Assembly: GCA_030770535.1 (NCBI GenBank)
Contig: JASVEC010000001.1
Location: 992,001 to 1,056,000, forward strand
Origin: Batkoa obscura
Lineage: Eukaryota
Length of the DNA: 64,000 nt
Direction: 5' to 3'
The position numbers were made by a program, and so were the translations under genes. Positions 12,817 to 24,968 of the stretch are shown here, one piece after another (the stretch's first letter is position 1; every line of letters starts with the position of its first letter). The notes beneath the pieces are model-generated. The model made no database searches. It saw only the letters and a program-made list of their open reading frames with translations, and was not told the origin of the DNA.

Positions 12817-14028
12817 CTAAGGGTAGGGTTTAAAATTAGTGATCGGGAATGTATGTTCCATAACCTTATCGTTCTCAAATGCTCTACCATTATTTATTGA
12901 ATCATTTTGATATATATAAGGGTTCTCGCTTGGTGGAATGTTAATAGGAATGTTGATATTATATTGTTTTTCAAGCTTTATCCTTTCAAGTATCAACTCA
13001 GTGCGTTTGTACTCTAACTCAAGTTTTCTGATTGCTGCCCATTCTTTATGTTCTTCATGAGTTAAACGACGTGCCTCGGCTTCAGATTCTAATTGGCTTT
13101 TGGCAAGTGTCATATAATCTTCATGGATTTTTTTACGATGAGCTAACTTACTTTCATAATAACCAGAACTGACATCGCTCTTGATAGCTTTTTCGACTCT
13201 TTCTGAAGCAGAAGTATCTGTAGGTTTATCAGTAACATAATGTTGAGGCTCAGTGTTTATAAAATGAGTGTTAAGTTGGTGGTTAGCTTTGCGGCCGCGT
13301 CTACGACCAGGGCCTTCTCTAAAAGTTGAATGTTCAGTTCCCTCGTTTTTAATTGTCACGATTTGTTCTCCATTTACTATTCTAGTTGTTGGAGAAGATC
13401 CTACACCTTCTTCGTAACTACGAGCAAATGGCTCAGACTTGACTTCTTGCTCATAAGTTTCTGTACCATGAGTAGAGTAGGCATTTTTACTTGAAGATGG
13501 ATTTAATTCTTGATCTAAAGGCTCAATATTCTCATTCTGGAAATTGAGTTCTGCTGGAGAACCAGAATAACTATTTTCATCTAAAGGAACAGGAAATGTA
13601 CGAACTGCATCTTTGTCTGGATTTTGCAGTGAAACAATTTTATCCATTTCATAATAATAGCGGAAGATAGATTTGACTTTAGTTTGAGCTGTATCTATCC
13701 CAAGCGACAAATCACGTTCGGTGATAGGAATTCCTTGCTTAAGACGTAATTTAGTTGCTTGGTACTGACTTTCAAGGGAGTTCATTTTGTTATAGATCTG
13801 TCTGGAACTTTTTGAAGGGAGGAGCTCAGCCAAAGCTCTAATAGCTTTGGCTTTAATGCCAAAGTTATATAGTTGAACGTTACTTGGATCTTTGAACCAA
13901 TTAAAGAGGGTATCGATATCTTCATCTGACCACTTAGCACGTTCAGCAAACTGACCGTTTAGGTTATCATTGGAAAGATACATATTGGTTGGTTTAGAAT
14001 AAACTTGGGTGGTAGTCTCGTCGTCCAT
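12817..14028 (-). CDS. Myb/SANT-like (trihelix) DNA-binding protein with AT-hook-like motif and C-terminal coiled coil
   Basis: 403 aa intronless ORF; WSDEDIDTLFNWF..KSSRQIYNKMNSLESQY..FRYYYEMDKI; GRRRGRK; charged heptad-like C-terminus. Confidence 0.65.
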   Translation of the reverse strand: MDDETTTQVYSKPTNMYLSNDNLNGQFAERAKWSDEDIDTLFNWFKDPSNVQLYNFGIKAKAIRALAELLPSKSSRQIYNKMNSLESQYQATKLRLKQGIPITERDLSLGIDTAQTKVKSIFRYYYEMDKIVSLQNPDKDAVRTFPVPLDENSYSGSPAELNFQNENIEPLDQELNPSSSKNAYSTHGTETYEQEVKSEPFARSYEEGVGSSPTTRIVNGEQIVTIKNEGTEHSTFREGPGRRRGRKANHQLNTHFINTEPQHYVTDKPTDTSASERVEKAIKSDVSSGYYESKLAHRKKIHEDYMTLAKSQLESEAEARRLTHEEHKEWAAIRKLELEYKRTELILERIKLEKQYNINIPINIPPSENPYIYQNDSINNGRAFENDKVMEHTFPITNFKPYP

Positions 14029-14944
14029 CTTAGTTTTGATAAAATAAAATTAAAAATAAAATTAAAAAATTTACTTTTTCAGTTATTAAATTTAAAAAGA
14101 ATAATTAATTAATAATTATAATACAGCTATTTATTGGTAATAAATTCATAGCATTAAAAATTATATTTCTTATTTGTTAAATAAAATATAACATTTAAGC
14201 TAATAAAATTAGGTTAAATTTAAATTTATGCAATTTTGTTACGATCCGAAATACAAAATCTTAAGGTCAACCAATCATAGTCCTTTTGTTTGCAAATTTT
14301 CATATATTATAATTATAAAATAATCAAACAACAAATAAAAATTTATTAAAACTAGATTCAAGGATTATATTATTAAGTGGTGGGGAAAAAATGTATAATT
14401 TGTACCATTTTTAAATTTAATTATAATTATTCTAAAAGCGTTAATATTTTGCAAGATATTATTTGTTATCATGATTAAATATGGGAATGTAATATATTAT
14501 TAATCTAAATTTGTATTTAGTAAAAAAAAACTATATTATCAAGTAAATTATTTAATATTGATATAAATTGATATTTTAAAAGTTTATTGCATTGGATTTA
14601 GATAAGTATTAAAATTTTATAAACGTTAATGGCTATAGTTTAAAAATAAATAAAATATTATCAATTAATTTTAAAACTATAATCACATTTATAAACAGAA
14701 CAGAATTATTGAAATTTTGTAATTAAACTTAGCTAATGATTTATGTAACTTTGAAGTAATTTAAATATGTCAATGTTAAAATAGTTCTTTTGGGTCTTTA
14801 AATTAATAAATGAAGATTAATAAAAATATAGTGCTTAATGTTAGATTTAATATTATAATAAACATAAATTGATATATAGTATAAAAATTTAAATAAAAGC
14901 TTAATAAACTTTGAATAAAAAATGACTCTTTTGTTACAGTATAT

Positions 14945-15039
14945 GGGTATGTTTTTTTTGGTTTCATTACTTCTATTTTTTAAGTACTATTTGAGCGAAA
15001 AGATTGTTAGTAAAATTCTTAAACAAAAAATACATCCCC
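14945..15039 (+). mobile_element. MITE family A copy
   Basis: Consensus match, ATAT on both flanks. Confidence 0.9.
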
Positions 15040-15202
15040 ATATAAACATTTATAATTAAACTACAGTTTTGAATTTATAATCAATAGCATTTTATTTTAT
15101 ATTGTGTACATTTCTAGATTTAAAATCTTTATAAATATTAAAAATTTTTAACTAAAGGATTCTTTCATATCAAAATTATTCAAAGTTGAAATTAAATAAA
15201 AT

Positions 15203-15264
15203 AAAAAACAAAAAACAAAAAACAAAAAACAAAAAACAAAAAACAAAAAACAAAAAACAAAAAA
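15203..15264 (+). repeat. (AAAAAAC)n heptamer tandem repeat, about 8 units
   Basis: Seen directly. Confidence 0.9.
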
Positions 15265-17392
15265 TTAATATAAAGTTATGCTAATATATCATAGTAACCA
15301 AATAATAGTAGCTTATAAAGATCATTAAGCCTAATTGATATATTGTTCATATTAATATTGAATTATTTATTTATAGGCAATTATCTAATCAGTCACTATA
15401 ACAGCTGCTGCAATTCTATTGCGACCTAAATTGCGGTAATTTTTAGAGCCAATTATTTTTTGCTCGCTTTCTTTAAAGCTTAATATTAATTTATACATAA
15501 TTTTAGTGCTTTTTTTCTCAAATGAGGAGTTAGTTAAGCTAAAATAGAGTTGCAGCATCCGTATCTTTAATTCAAAGTCAGATAGATTTAAATTTAGTCT
15601 TAATTTCAATATAATTTGGTCAATTATTTCTCCATTATTCCTTAACTTACCGTATTATTTCTAAAACTTACTCAAATTGAATAAAACACTTAATACTTTT
15701 GATCACAATTCAAGAAATGCATGGCTTATTGACAAGCAAATACTCAATGTAGCGGAAAATAATCGTAAAATAAACTTTATTTTATAATCAAGGATCAAAA
15801 CGGTACCTAATGATATACTCACTTTAATAAATCGTAAAGGAACAATATATTAATTAAAAGGATATAGAGCTATTATTTTTAATTTCCCTTTATCAATATA
15901 ACTGCAATCTCATACTAAAACACTATTACGTTTATACTAAATAAGTTGATTATAGTAGTTTTTATATAAGGCTTAAATATTAATGTTTTATTAAGACTTT
16001 ATAACAGGCAATCTTTTTTCAAAGAACAATTTAAATAAGATGTAATTTAATCATGTCAATGATTTAACCATAGTCAAACGTACAAATGCAATACAAAAAT
16101 AGCAAGTTCTCATAATTTTCATTAGAAAAATTATTTTAGCTTCAGTGATTTATCTCACTATATTGGGCTTTGAATTCGAACACCATGGTTTCTTTATAAA
16201 ATAATAGCATTTGTAACGATTAATTAAAACCATGTTTAAAAACATGAGTGAATCTAAGAACAAGATTGGAAAAGTAAACACTCAAATGATTGGAAATTAT
16301 CAAAAATCATGGAGTGCATTTGTACCACCATTATTAGCACTTAAGGTGAATGTACCGAGCATGAATAGAGCCCTTCCTAATAATCAACGTAGGTCCAAAG
16401 ATTCAAAAAAAGACTGAAACATAAGGCAGTGACCAAATCGTATAGACGCTGAATAAACAATTAGAGAAATAATATTTAAATTTTTATTAACTTACTCATT
16501 TTACACTTAACCTATTCAACCTACACTACCATGCATGATTTTATGAATTATTTTAAAATTATCTAATACTTGAGTTTTCATTTAAGTAAAACTATAATTG
16601 AGGATAAAAGTAAAGCAAAAAATATTACAAAGCGATATAAGTAAATAAGTAATACTTTATTGCTATCACCTCACTAAAGAAATAAACTGAGAGCAGAAAG
16701 AGAAAGCAAATATTAATATCTTTATAGATCTTGATACTTAATAATCAAAATAGCTGTATGCTCCAAATATTTTTATATCTTAAAAGGAGGCTTATAGTAC
16801 ATTTTCCATTAGTTATTATAAAATGTAATTGCTGAAATATTTAGTTAAGACATTAGTGTTTTTATGGGTGTCTTTCCTCTCTCCTCATTTTATATTATAA
16901 ATGCTGAAAGTGTAAACTTTTATATAATTATAGATGCTAAACTCCTAAATACTCTTATCGCTATAGTAATGTAAATCCTTTCACTCTAAAACTGGTATCG
17001 GTGATATACCTCAGATAAAAAGCCAAGGTTTGTTGTCTTTTTTCTAACAGGGATAGTAATCGTTTTTTTATAATTTACTTAGGAAATTCATTTATTATTT
17101 TATTTTATTGTAAATTATAAACATAGGATATGTTTTTAAGAATTTTGGTAGTAAATAGTTCAACTTTTTCATTGGATAAAAATAGATAAATAAATGAAAC
17201 TAAAAAAGACATATCCAAATACTTAATGAAAAAGCGCTTATACTAATGTTGCTACTATGTAACATCATCATCGTTTACTTTATTAATTTATCGGTTTAAT
17301 GAATTAAACTATTAGCATATTTTCACACCCTATCACCATGATACTCTTATAAAATCGAAGCTATTGTTTATTTATCAACTTTGCTACTTTTT

Positions 17393-17428
17393 TTATCATT
17401 GAAGATAAATTAATATCGATATTCTAGG
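17393..17428 (+). promoter_or_regulatory. Inverted GATA pair TTATC-N6-GATAA just upstream of the TATA box of precursor gene A
   Basis: Same motif and spacing upstream of paralogs at 18764-18779, 20983-20998 and 29642-29657. Confidence 0.55.
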
Positions 17429-17471
17429 CATATAAAAAGAGGGAAACAAATCTTCAAAATATTATCAAAAA

Positions 17472-17849
17472 ATGAATAAATTCTTATTAAACACCATTGT
17501 TTTAGCTTTCACCGTTACCGTTTCTTCCCTTCCAGCATCAAGTGGTAATTACTTAGCTAAACGTGGTTTTAATTCTTTCTCTCCTTGCTATGGATATGGT
17601 AGCGGCTCCAACAATTTCTATCCTGGCTATGGACTTGGTGGGTTTAATAGTGGATTCAATAATTTTGGTTCGTTTGGCTTTCCAAGTGTAATTAACAATG
17701 ATGCTTTTAATGCTAATAGTAATAACTTCAATGCACACGAGTTTGATCGTAATAATGAGGCTGCCGTATTTGTTGATAATGTTCATAAGAAGGATGTAAA
17801 TAGTAACAACAGCAATATTAATAAGCAAACTAATTCTGCTATTCTTTAA
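17472..17849 (+). CDS. Secreted Gly/Asn/Phe-rich precursor family, member A (125 aa)
   Basis: Signal peptide, LAKR dibasic site, FYPGYGLGGF motif, conserved FGFPxVINN..AAVFVDNVHKKDVN..AIL tail; TATAAA upstream, AATAAA downstream. Confidence 0.9.
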   Translation: MNKFLLNTIVLAFTVTVSSLPASSGNYLAKRGFNSFSPCYGYGSGSNNFYPGYGLGGFNSGFNNFGSFGFPSVINNDAFNANSNNFNAHEFDRNNEAAVFVDNVHKKDVNSNNSNINKQTNSAIL

Positions 17850-18022
17850 TTTGTTATAAAAATTATGAAATAAACATTTAGACTTTAAAATCATTTTTAT
17901 TATGTTTTTTAAATATTAATAATTTTTAATCTAAAATCTAAAATTTAAACATTATTATGTGTACTTACTTTTAGTTTATCTATAAAAAAACAAAGTTCTT
18001 TAGGTTCAAAAAAGAAATATAT

Positions 18023-18120
18023 GGGGATGTTTTTTTATGTTTAAGAATTTTACTAACAGTTTTTCCACTCAAATGGCGCTTAAAAGATGAAAAAAGTGAT
18101 GAAGTAAAAAAAACATCCCC
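18023..18120 (-). mobile_element. MITE family A copy (perfect GGGGATGT/ACATCCCC termini)
   Basis: ATAT target duplication on both sides. Confidence 0.92.
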
Positions 18121-18506
18121 ATATCTAATCTCATTTAATAGATTAAAAAATCCCTTCCATTTTAGCATCACCCCCTCTAACCGGTATTCTAAACAATCTC
18201 CAGGTTAACTCCAACTTGAAGTAGTCTTATTGTTCTTTCACTATCTCGTCTACTTGATCTATCGAATCTTTATTAATTAAAGGGATGTTTTGAATTTTTT
18301 ACGTCGATAAAAGTATAATATAATAAAACATCATTCTTTAATATCTTATACTTTAAAGCTTTAACAGTATGAAGCATCTGGTAGACACCTGTTATATTTA
18401 ATCATTTAATGGCAAAAATTTAGTAATATTGCGACTTTGTTTAGTATTTTAACACTTTATCAAATAGCTGATACAATCATCTAACACAAATTATGATAAA
18501 TTAAAT

Positions 18507-18605
18507 GAGGAAGTATTTTTATGTTTAAGAATTTTACTAACAATCTTTCCACTCAAATAGTGCTTAAAAAATGTAAAAAGTGATGAAGCCAAAAAAAACA
18601 CCACC
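18507..18605 (-). mobile_element. MITE family A copy
   Basis: AAAT direct repeat at 18503-18506 and 18606-18609. Confidence 0.88.
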
Positions 18606-18841
18606 AAATTAGATATTGAATTTCATGATAACTTAGCATTTAATGATAGGTATTTAGTATGTTTAACGCAACGAAAGTGAATAAAACAATACCATTAAAA
18701 GTATCTAAATTGAAAGTTTAATAGTTTTAATTAATGAGTTATTAATCAAGTTTGAAATTTCTTTTATCAATGTAGATAAATTAAGCTGATAACATACTCA
18801 TATAAAAAGAACGAAGTAAATATTCAAAATAGCATTGAAAA

Positions 18842-19198
18842 ATGAACCAAATTTTATTAAACACCATTATTTTAGCTTTTGCTGCTACCGTTTCTTCGCT
18901 TCCAGCATCAAGTGGTAATTATTTAGCCAGAAGAAGCTTCAACTCTTTTTATCCAGGTTATGGACTTGGTGGGTTTAATGGAGGGTATGGAGGGTATGGC
19001 GGATTCAATAACTTTGGTTCTTTCGGATTTCCGGCTGTTATTAATAATAATGCTTTCAATGCTAATGCTAATCATTTCAACGCTAACGAATTTCATCGTA
19101 ACAAAGAGGCAGCTGTATTTGTTGATAATGTACACAAAAAGGATGTAAATGCCAACCATTTTAATGTTAATAAGCAAAATAATGCTGCTATCATTTAA
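18842..19198 (+). CDS. Secreted precursor family, member B (118 aa)
   Basis: Signal peptide, LARR site, SFNSFYPGYGLGGF, conserved Asn-rich tail. Confidence 0.9.
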   Translation: MNQILLNTIILAFAATVSSLPASSGNYLARRSFNSFYPGYGLGGFNGGYGGYGGFNNFGSFGFPAVINNNAFNANANHFNANEFHRNKEAAVFVDNVHKKDVNANHFNVNKQNNAAII

Positions 19199-19257
19199 GT
19201 TTGTTGCAAAATTAAAAAATAAACGTTTAGACTTTAAAATTATTATTATTATTATAT

Positions 19258-19355
19258 GAGAGTGTTTTTTTCTACCTCATCACTTTTTTCATTTTTTAAG
19301 CGCTATTTGAGTAGAAAAACTGTTAGTAAAATTCTAAACACAAAAAAACATGCAC
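19258..19355 (+). mobile_element. MITE family A copy
   Basis: Consensus match, ATAT flanks. Confidence 0.85.
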
Positions 19356-19429
19356 ATATCCCTTTTAAATATTGATAAGCTTCAAACTAAAATTTATAAA
19401 TTTGAATGTTGATGTATGGAACAATTTTT

Positions 19430-20200
19430 GGTGGATTTACTAAAATCACGTTTTCACTGTCCACTACAAAAACTCAAACTAGCCAATCAGTAGCCAGTTT
19501 GTTATTCAACTTATAACTGAAATTAATGGACATTTTAAAATTGTCTCAGAAAAGTTATCAACGATTGCAAAGAAATAGGATTATCAATTTGATTAGATTT
19601 GCATTGAACTTTATAAGAAAAAAGTATTTTTTAATTATTTGATAAATTCTAGTAAGGAATTAGCACTAAAATTTTATGTGTAAGTTTCTATATCAAAATG
19701 AATACTTAAATTTAAAATAATAATATAAAACTTTAAGTTTTATTTTATAACTTATAAAAACATCAACAAATATATAATGCAAAAATTATCATAATCTTTT
19801 ATTTAAGATAGAAAAGATCTTTCAATATAAATTATTAAAATAATTTAAAGTATATCTATTTTTTATAGATTAAAAAGATAAAAAAATTTGTTTATAGTTT
19901 AATCTATTATTAAATAAAAGTTAACCAATTGGAGCTTTTGTAATGTATTATATAAAAAACAAATTTATGCAAATAGATTCCATAAAGTAGTTTTTGCTTA
20001 AATATGATAAAAAGGAAAGTTTAGTATTTTTCAAGCATCAATTTAGTGCAAAATTTTTTGCTGATTAATGGTGATAAATTTAAGCATCCATTTTCAAATT
20101 TTTGTAATTGCAAATTAAATGATCAAATACAGCCATTTGATTAACTGATTTGATTTTACGGTGAACTTAGCAAAAATATGTCGTGATTTTAGAAATTCCC
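19430..20200. mobile_element. Possible ~770 bp non-autonomous DNA transposon with imperfect TIRs
   Basis: GGATTTACTAAAATCACG at the left end versus CGTGATTTTAGAAATTCC at the right end; weaker inverted similarity extends inward; no ORF. Confidence 0.4.
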
Positions 20201-21061
20201 ATTTTTAATTTATCTATAAAAAGCAAATTAGTCAAACTAAAAAGGACTGAAGCAATATTTTGAGAAAATATTAAAAAACCCTACATCTATGAGATTTCAA
20301 TATGAATTTATCTAGAGATCTTTCCAGAAAGCCTTGGGTTTAATTGCTAACCAATTTGATCTTGTTATTTTGTCACTATTGCAGCTGCTTTACATAGCGA
20401 TTCCATTTCTATTAATGGACATTTCGCATTTAAAGTTAATAAAATATCAATATGTAAAGATTCTCATAAATAATCTTACTTTTTTAATGAAAAATCAATG
20501 TTGAAAGTATGTAATTGCAATATTTGCATATTTTGTAAAATAAATTTGTTTTTACTTAGAAATATTGGTTGTTACAATCAATGACATTTTTATTTTTATT
20601 AATAGAAAAAAACAGGGTTTTTAATGAAAAGCCCATGGAATGAGGCCATTTTGTTATCATCTTATACTTTAGAGCTCTAGTGGTACAAAGTGTATCACAT
20701 CCACTTACTATATTATTTATTTAATGACAAGAATTTGCAAAATTTAGTAGTTTTGTCTAATGTTTTGACTCTTTATCACTTCACTAACATTATAGATTAA
20801 TGGTTTAAGATAAATTAAAATATTTGATTTTATGGGACTTGGCATTTACTCATAAATACTCTTAGTACATATAATATGATGAAAATAAACAAAGAATTTT
20901 ATAATAGGCGTGTAAATTGCTACTTTGCCTATTTTAAATAAAAAAACAATCTCTATTTACTTATCAAATTTATAGCTTTAGTTTATCAATATAGATAAAT
21001 TAATATCGATATTCTAGGCATATAAAAAGAGGGAAACAAATCTTCAAAATATTATCAAAAA

Positions 21062-21526
21062 ATGAATAAATTCTTATTAAACACCATTGTTTTAGCCTTT
21101 ACTGCTACTATCGCTTCACTTCCACCATCGGATGATGTTCATTTATCCAGAAGGGGTTTCAACTCATATCCAGGCTATGGGTTGAATGGTGGTTATAATG
21201 GTTTTAACACTGGCTTTAACAATTTCTATCCTGGATATGGACTTGGTGGGTTTGGTGGTGGATATGGTGGTGGATATGGTGGCGGATATGGTGGCGGATA
21301 TGGTGGCGGATATGGTGGTGGATATGGTGGATTCAATAATCTTGGTTCTTTTGGTTTTCCAACTGTAATTAGCAATGATGCTTTTAATGCTAATGCTAAT
21401 AATTTCAATTTAAATGAGTTTGATAGTAACAAACAAGCGGCTGTGTTTACCGATAATGTTCATAGTAACGATGTAAATAGCAATAATGTTAACCTTAATA
21501 AGCAGAATAGTGCTGCTATTATTTGA
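21062..21526 (+). CDS. Secreted precursor family, member C (154 aa) with (GGGY)6
   Basis: Signal peptide, LSRR site, two YPGYGL motifs, GGGY repeat, conserved tail. Confidence 0.9.
   Translation: MNKFLLNTIVLAFTATIASLPPSDDVHLSRRGFNSYPGYGLNGGYNGFNTGFNNFYPGYGLGGFGGGYGGGYGGGYGGGYGGGYGGGYGGFNNLGSFGFPTVISNDAFNANANNFNLNEFDSNKQAAVFTDNVHSNDVNSNNVNLNKQNSAAII
21254..21325 (+). repeat. 12-bp coding minisatellite GGTGGYGGATAT x6 (Gly-Gly-Gly-Tyr)
   Basis: Seen directly. Confidence 0.9.
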
Positions 21527-22224
21527 GAATGGTATGAATTGTTCTAAAATAAATACTATGAAGTTTGAACTTGCTTTCATTTGTTTTACTTTTATAAAAA
21601 TTTAAATGTTTTTATATTTGTATATGATTTTTTTTAAGACTAATAAAGCTATCTCATTTCTAAAATTTAGCTGAAACAACTGTATTTTTTGTTATTTATT
21701 ATTTCAAATTCAATGACATAATATATCATAATTCCTCTATAAATTTATTAACACATTATATCTTATACTCTGCTTTTTTAATATTTAATACTCTACATCA
21801 GCTATTTTTAAAAATTCGAATTACAAACTGATACCAGCTACTACTCCAGCCATGGTCTTTATCACTTGATTCCTGTATATTTAACAACGGGGAAGATTAA
21901 GCTTAAAGTTCTATTTAGATTTGGCATGACTTTAACACTATTGTCTGCCCTTACAAAAAATTTGCTGGATTAATTCTAATACTAAAACTACATATCGATA
22001 TCAATATGATTTAAGTTTGTCATTTAGTTTTGTTAATTTATCAAATTAAAACACTGTTTTATTAGCTATCCTTTTTTGCATTCATTTTTACTAATAAATT
22101 AAATATCAATACTCATTTATCAACTTGAATCATTATATAAAATTGCAAAAGATTAATTAATAAGTAGTACAAAACTACTCATATAAAGCCAACTAAATAC
22201 TTTCTTAATGAAATATTCCCCTAA

Positions 22225-22653
22225 ATGTATAAATACATATCAACCATTCTTATTTTAATTTCCTCCACTATTATTTCATCTCATTCAACATTATCTGGAA
22301 CTTGCTTATTCAAACGAGCATTTACCACTTTCCCATCTGTTTTTGATATGCATGAATTTTCAAACATTCAATACAGTGATCGACCTCATTCTACCCCACC
22401 TATTTTCAATTTAAATAATAATTTTGGATGGGCTGGGACTAACACGGTTAAGACTTTCTCATCGAGTTTTAATTCATGTAGCCTCCCATCTATATTCGAT
22501 GACAGTTGTTTAAATGCTAATATGACTACTTTTCGCAAACATGAAAGTAATAAAAACAAAAAAGCAGTTACATAAATTGATAATACTCATAAGGAAAAAG
22601 TGGATAAGGAGAACAATAATAGTATTAAATTTGATGCTATTATTATTATTTAA
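22225..22653 (+). pseudogene. Divergent precursor family member D with premature stop
   Basis: Signal peptide, LFKR, ..SLPSIFDDSCLNAN..NKKAVT* then in frame IDNTHKEKVD..DAIIII*, homologous to AAVFVDNVHKKDVN..AAII; TAA at 22573-22575. Confidence 0.75.
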
Positions 22654-22969
22654 GTTTAGTAATTGAATCATATTTTGAAATAAAATAGGTCTTTAAAGAT
22701 TTAATGTTTAAGAATTATTATACTTAGCTTTTTATAAAGTTAAATAATTTACATAAATTCATATAATTAACTTGTTACTATCTCTATTATAACAAAATTT
22801 GCTATTTAAACTAACACAAAATAAAAAACTACTCATAAACCGTTGAAACAAAACACAATTAAAAATTTAAAACTATCATTATTATTTCATTATATAAAAG
22901 TATAAAAACCTTCTCAAAGCACTCTTAATAGTTTTCAAAATAAATAACGAAAAACCCATAAATTAATTT

Positions 22970-23712
22970 CTATTGATTGTTAGTAGAGTCCATACCATGC
23001 GGAGAAGATGGGGCTTTTTGTATATGATTTAATAACTGAAAGCCTTTTTTAAATACCGGTTTAATTAGATTAACTTCAAACCTAGTCAAGTTATCCATTT
23101 GCAAATGCGAATCATTGATAGCTTCAATACCCTTTCTAATTTTACTTTGTCTTTGTTCTTGTATTTCTTTTAACAAATTTCGAATGATATTACTTTCTTT
23201 GATATCGTCAGAAGCTCTGAAAATAAAATGATAAAATTTGAACTAAAAAAATACTAATATTTGACTTACTTATCCAATAACATCTTTGATATTTCCATAA
23301 AATTCTCATTCATTTTACTAAATGTAGGCTCTTCTCTTTCTTCAGCTAGCCTCTTTTTTAAACTTTCTAAATGTAAAAGTTTATCCTTATTCCTCTTTTA
23401 ATAATAAAATATTAACCCTTACCAACCGATAGCCATTCTGGGGGTACAATCGAGCACTTATTCTTACTTTTTAAAACCAAAGCTAATCCTAATGGTACCT
23501 TACTCCTAAAAGGTGGTTTAAATGGGCCTATAGCGCCCTTATTAAATTTAACTTAAAACTCGATTTAATCCTATTATAAATCACCAACTTACCGAAGATA
23601 ATTGTAGTCGATCCATTTTAAATTTTGGTCTTATTTCTATCATCTTTATCTCACTCAAGTATTCCAATTCATCGAATTCTAACTCTCCTCGTTGTCGTTT
23701 TTGTAATGCCAT
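22970..23712 (-). CDS. PSF2: GINS complex subunit Psf2 (multi-exon)
   Basis: [86 protein letters not shown]. Confidence 0.92.
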
Positions 23713-24062
23713 TTCATAAAAATTGAATTTTCGTTTTTTTTTTTCAAAAAATTGAATTGTCTTTAATATCAGTCGCGTTCACCAATAAACAGTTAGCAAG
23801 TAAATTAGCAAATAATAATTGTATATTTTTGATTTAACTGGAAAGAATTTCATTCTAACATTCTAATCCAATAAAATTACCCCTTTATTAAATTTAGGTT
23901 CTTTGCCTAATAGTGTAATTTTTTAAAATATCATAAAAGTATACACAGCAAACAAAAAAGCGAACAAGATATAGAATATGATCAAAAAGCAATGAAATTA
24001 AAGGCTGAACAAACAAGAAATAACGATTCAATTAACGTCATTTATTAATGTAAAATTTCTTA

Positions 24063-24596
24063 TCAAACAAAAACAAACAGTTCATCTCCCTCAACAACAT
24101 TTCCGAATATTTTCAACTTATGAGGGGTTCTATCACATTGTCCGTTATCCAGACTGAAGCACCTAATTAATTATTAATACTTAAAGATTCAATTAATAGA
24201 TTCAGAATACCAAAAATGGGCAGGGCATTTAATCTAGAAATCATAGAATATCAAAAATAGAGGTTTTTAGTTATCATAGGAATCTTACTGCAGTACCAAA
24301 CTTGACTCCAAATTCTTCAATATCAATAAGTTTGCTTTTATATAAAGGATACCCTTGATGGGGACAGAACTAAATATTACATTTTAATTTTTATTGATTT
24401 GTTTATTTGAGGAGTAAAATAATAATTTTCTATCACTTACCGCTTCCATTACTTTATAATTATCATCTTGTTTAACTATTAATAACTTTAAAGTTCTATT
24501 ATCTAATTGTAATTCTGCTTTTTTATAAATTAACTTATTACTATTTTGTTGAAAATTTTCAATTGTTGTTAAATAGTGTTTGGTCAATTCACTCAT
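24063..24596 (-). CDS. Small stand-alone Rieske [2Fe-2S] domain protein (multi-exon)
   Basis: Spliced exons give CPHQGYPL and KCPAHFW..FSLDNGQC, the CxH..CxxH Rieske ligand boxes. Confidence 0.8.
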
Positions 24597-24968
24597 TATT
24601 TTTTTAAGTAAAAAATAAATTTTTAATTTGTGTTGTCATTCTTTTAATTTTTAATTTCTAAATTCTATTTCCTTTTTAAAATCTTTAATTTAATTATGAC
24701 AAAAAAATTAGCAAAAAATGATCAAGTTTCTATAAAAGAAATCCCAACTTTAATTAAATAAAAAACAGGTGCTAATAAGAGGATAGAAGTTATAAAGGAA
24801 GAAATAGAGAGTCAAAAATAAATATTGGGGATAAGATAAATAAATACACATATTAAAGAATTAAAAAAAGAACACTTAAATAAGGTTTAAATAAGGTTTA
24901 AAAAAGGTTGATACTTTTTCAACGTACTACACATCATCTATAAAGAATTGGAATCACTTAAATCAAGC

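Noticed and set aside
24063..24596. Rieske protein as dedicated electron donor for the P450s
   Set aside because: The P450s are microsomal type with an N-terminal TM and would normally use CPR; stand-alone Rieske proteins are widespread; only proximity supports it
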